Part shown: positions 55,053 through 57,304 of the stretch, one piece after another
Numbering within the stretch: position 1 is the first letter of the stretch
How the letters are laid out: every line of letters begins with the position of its first letter
Source: Firmicutes bacterium HGW-Firmicutes-21
GTDB taxonomy: Bacteria > Bacillota > Clostridia > Oscillospirales > CAG-382
Assembly (NCBI GenBank): GCA_002841455.1
Contig: PGZT01000010.1
Location: 1-57,304 of the forward strand
Direction: 5' to 3'
DNA length: 57,304 nucleotides
Translations under genes and position numbers: made by a program
The notes under the pieces: model-generated
Told to the model about the DNA's origin: nothing
What the model saw: only the letters and a program-made list of their open reading frames with translations
The model's database searches: none

Positions 55053-56525
55053 ATGTTTTTTCCGTCATTTGAAAGGGCGAGCGAGCTTGTCGCAACTGAG
55101 CAATACCGTTGTATCCCGATAAGCTGCGAGATAAATTCCGACATTAAAACACCGATAGAGGTGCTGCGGATACTAAAGAATATCAGCAGGCATTGCTATA
55201 TGCTGGAGAGTATAGAGGATACTAAAAACTGGGGGCGGTATACCTTTTTGGGCTTTGACCCGAAAATGGAGCTGACCTACCTTAACGGCAACCTGCGGAT
55301 AAAAAACGGCGGTGAGATTAACGAGTACACGAGCAACCCCGCCGAGCATATCCGCCGAATAATCAACGAACATAAAAGCCCGCGTATTGAGGGCTTGCCC
55401 CCGTTTACGGGCGGATTAGTCGGCTATTTTTCCTATGATTTTATAAAATACGCCGAGCCGTCGCTAAGGCTTGATGCCGTCGACAACGAGTGCTTTAACG
55501 ATGTTGATTTGATGCTGTTTGATAAGGTTATCGCGTTCGACAATTTCCGCCAAAAAATTATTCTGATAATAAATATAAGGACCGATTCACTTACCGCCGA
55601 ATACAATCGGGCAATAACCGAGCTTCGGCAGCTTATCGAGCTGATTAAATACGGCACACCTGCCCGTATTAAGCCCTTAAAGCTAAAATCCGAGTTCAAA
55701 CCTTTTTTCAACAAGGAGCAGTACTGCGATATGGTTGAAAAAGGGAAAGGGCATATATTCGAGGGAGATGTTTTTCAGCTTGTGCTGTCCAACAGGCTTG
55801 AAGCGGACTTTGAGGGTAGCTTGTTTGATGTATATCGTATTTTGCGCACCACCAACCCCTCGCCCTATATGTTTTATTTCTCCAGCGATGATATTGAAAT
55901 AGCGGGAGCGTCGCCCGAAACACTGGTAAAGCTCAACAACGGCAGGCTGTACACCTTCCCTCTTGCGGGAACTCGCCCAAGAGGAAGGACTCCCGAGGAG
56001 GATATTCAAAACGAAAAGGACCTGTTGTCGGACGAAAAAGAGTTTGCCGAGCATAATATGCTGGTTGATTTGGGGCGTAACGATATCGGAAGAATAAGCG
56101 AAATAGGAACCGTTAAGGTTGAAAAATATATGTCTGTGGAACGCTTCTCTCATGTTATGCATATCGGCTCAACCGTAACAGGTCAAATCAGGGAGGATAA
56201 GGACGCAATGGATGCAATCAGCGCCGTTCTGCCTGCCGGTACTCTTTCGGGTGCGCCGAAAATAAGAGCCTGCGAGATTATAAACGCTCTTGAGAAAAAT
56301 AAACGGGGTATCTACGGTGGTGCAATCGGATACCTTGATTTTACGGGAAATATGGATACCTGTATAGCTATCCGTATCGCTTACGCAAAGGGCGGCAAGC
56401 TGTTTATCCGTTCGGGAGCCGGTATTGTGGCCGACAGCGTCGCCGAAAACGAATATAACGAATGTATAAGCAAGGCGAGAGCGGTTGTGAGCGCCGTTTA
56501 TAAAGCACAGGAGGGTATAGACTGA
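55053..56525 (+). CDS. trpE: anthranilate synthase component I
   Basis: 490 aa with LESIEDTKNWGRYTFLG, GDVFQLVLSNR and GGAIGYLDF..DTCIAIR motifs. Confidence 0.95.
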   Translation: MFFPSFERASELVATEQYRCIPISCEINSDIKTPIEVLRILKNISRHCYMLESIEDTKNWGRYTFLGFDPKMELTYLNGNLRIKNGGEINEYTSNPAEHIRRIINEHKSPRIEGLPPFTGGLVGYFSYDFIKYAEPSLRLDAVDNECFNDVDLMLFDKVIAFDNFRQKIILIINIRTDSLTAEYNRAITELRQLIELIKYGTPARIKPLKLKSEFKPFFNKEQYCDMVEKGKGHIFEGDVFQLVLSNRLEADFEGSLFDVYRILRTTNPSPYMFYFSSDDIEIAGASPETLVKLNNGRLYTFPLAGTRPRGRTPEEDIQNEKDLLSDEKEFAEHNMLVDLGRNDIGRISEIGTVKVEKYMSVERFSHVMHIGSTVTGQIREDKDAMDAISAVLPAGTLSGAPKIRACEIINALEKNKRGIYGGAIGYLDFTGNMDTCIAIRIAYAKGGKLFIRSGAGIVADSVAENEYNECISKARAVVSAVYKAQEGID

Positions 56526-57103
56526 TGATACTTTTAATCGATAATTACGACAGCTTCTCCTACAATGTTTATCAGCTTGTCGGCTCGGTAAACCCCGATG
56601 TTAAGGTTATACGCAACGACGGGATAACGGTTGACGAAATCGGAAGACTCGCTCCCGCCGCAATAATACTCTCCCCCGGTCCGGGCAGACCTGCGGATGC
56701 CGGTATCTGTATTGAGGTTATTAAATCCCTCGGCCGCAAAACACCTGTCCTGGGTATTTGCTTGGGGCATCAGGCAATCTGCGAGGCGTTCGGCGCTACC
56801 GTATCCTATGCAAAAACGCTTATGCACGGCAAAACCTCGTCTGTTGCCATAGATACGCAGAGCAGGCTCTTCAGCGGAATGCAGGGGAAAATAAAAGCGG
56901 CTCGCTATCATTCGCTCGCTGTTGTAAAGGACACCCTGCCGGACTGCTTACGAATAACCGCCGAGACCGCTGACGGGGAAGTAATGGCGATTGAGCATAC
57001 CGAATACCCTATCTACGGAGTGCAGTTCCACCCCGAATCGGTGCTTACTCCGGACGGAGAAGCGATAATAAGGAACTTTTTGGAGGATGTTGATAAAAAA
57101 TGA
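56525..57103 (+). CDS. trpG: anthranilate synthase component II (glutamine amidotransferase, TrpG/PabA)
   Basis: 192 aa with LIDNYDSFSYN, the GICLGHQ catalytic Cys and GVQFHPES. Its ATG overlaps the trpE stop. Confidence 0.93.
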   Translation: MILLIDNYDSFSYNVYQLVGSVNPDVKVIRNDGITVDEIGRLAPAAIILSPGPGRPADAGICIEVIKSLGRKTPVLGICLGHQAICEAFGATVSYAKTLMHGKTSSVAIDTQSRLFSGMQGKIKAARYHSLAVVKDTLPDCLRITAETADGEVMAIEHTEYPIYGVQFHPESVLTPDGEAIIRNFLEDVDKK

Positions 57104-57304
57104 TAAAGGAAGCGATATTGCAGCTGATAAAAAAGCAGGATTTGTCTTTTGAAACGGCAAAAGCCGTGATGGAGGAAATTATGAGCGGCGAGTCTTCCCC
57201 CGTTCAGATGAGCGCATATTTGATTGCTCTCGGAATGAAGGGAGAGACTGCCGACGAGATAACAGGCTCTGCGGCGGGAATGCGAAACCATTGCGTTAAG
57301 CTGC
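57100..57304 (+). CDS. trpD: anthranilate phosphoribosyltransferase, 3'-truncated by the window edge
   Basis: It has an ATGA overlap with trpG. The N-terminus MIKEAILQLIKKQDLSFETAKAVMEEIMSGESSPVQMSAYLIALGMKGET is TrpD-like. Confidence 0.85.
   Translation, partial: MIKEAILQLIKKQDLSFETAKAVMEEIMSGESSPVQMSAYLIALGMKGETADEITGSAAGMRNHCVKL

Noticed and set aside
1-57304. A scan for CRISPR arrays, rRNA, tmRNA/RNase P-like genes, transposases, integrases, restriction-modification, toxin-antitoxin or other recognisable defence modules.
   Set aside because: I found no regularly spaced direct repeats. No ORF has hallmark motifs of these classes. The only repeats found are the family A and B hairpin elements reported above.

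Overview
This is a chromosomal segment from a spore-forming Firmicute, probably a Clostridia member. The evidence is PolC, AddAB, SpoIIR, a T-box leader and low-GC consensus sigma-A promoters.

Positions 1-32.5 kb are almost all minus-strand housekeeping genes:
- addB-addA and spoIIR
- the conserved pyrH-frr-uppS-cdsA-dxr-rseP-ispG-polC block
- ispE, preceded by an Lrp regulator and an aminotransferase
- uvrB-uvrA
- a TIGR03960/TIGR03936 radical-SAM pair, in which the TIGR03960 gene is broken

Positions 32.5-57.3 kb are mixed-strand:
- tRNA-Val
- an HcpR-like regulator divergent from a ferredoxin-hcp-cupin operon
- an orphan CapD-like gene
- two visibly AT-rich patches. The first holds a GGDEF protein and two divergent zinc-ribbon membrane proteins. 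The second holds an ECF sigma/anti-sigma pair. An NYN-LOTUS gene and a GH2 gene lie between them.
- a dipeptide-epimerase/serine-hydrolase pair
- a second cis-prenyltransferase paralogue
- an SPFH protein
- a Trp T-box leader followed by trpE-trpG-trpD'

I saw no CRISPR array, rRNA, transposase, integrase or recognisable defence system.

The best candidates for something undescribed are non-coding:
- A roughly 100-nt structured repeat sits in three intra-operon spacers and shows compensatory base changes on the mRNA-sense strand.
- A strand-specific, multi-helix leader of about 200 nt lies upstream of pyrH.
- That leader shares a 54-nt hairpin module with the trpE leader.

The protein-level candidates (the zinc-ribbon/beta-propeller-like and NYN-LOTUS genes) are uncharacterised, but I cannot link them into a single system from sequence alone.
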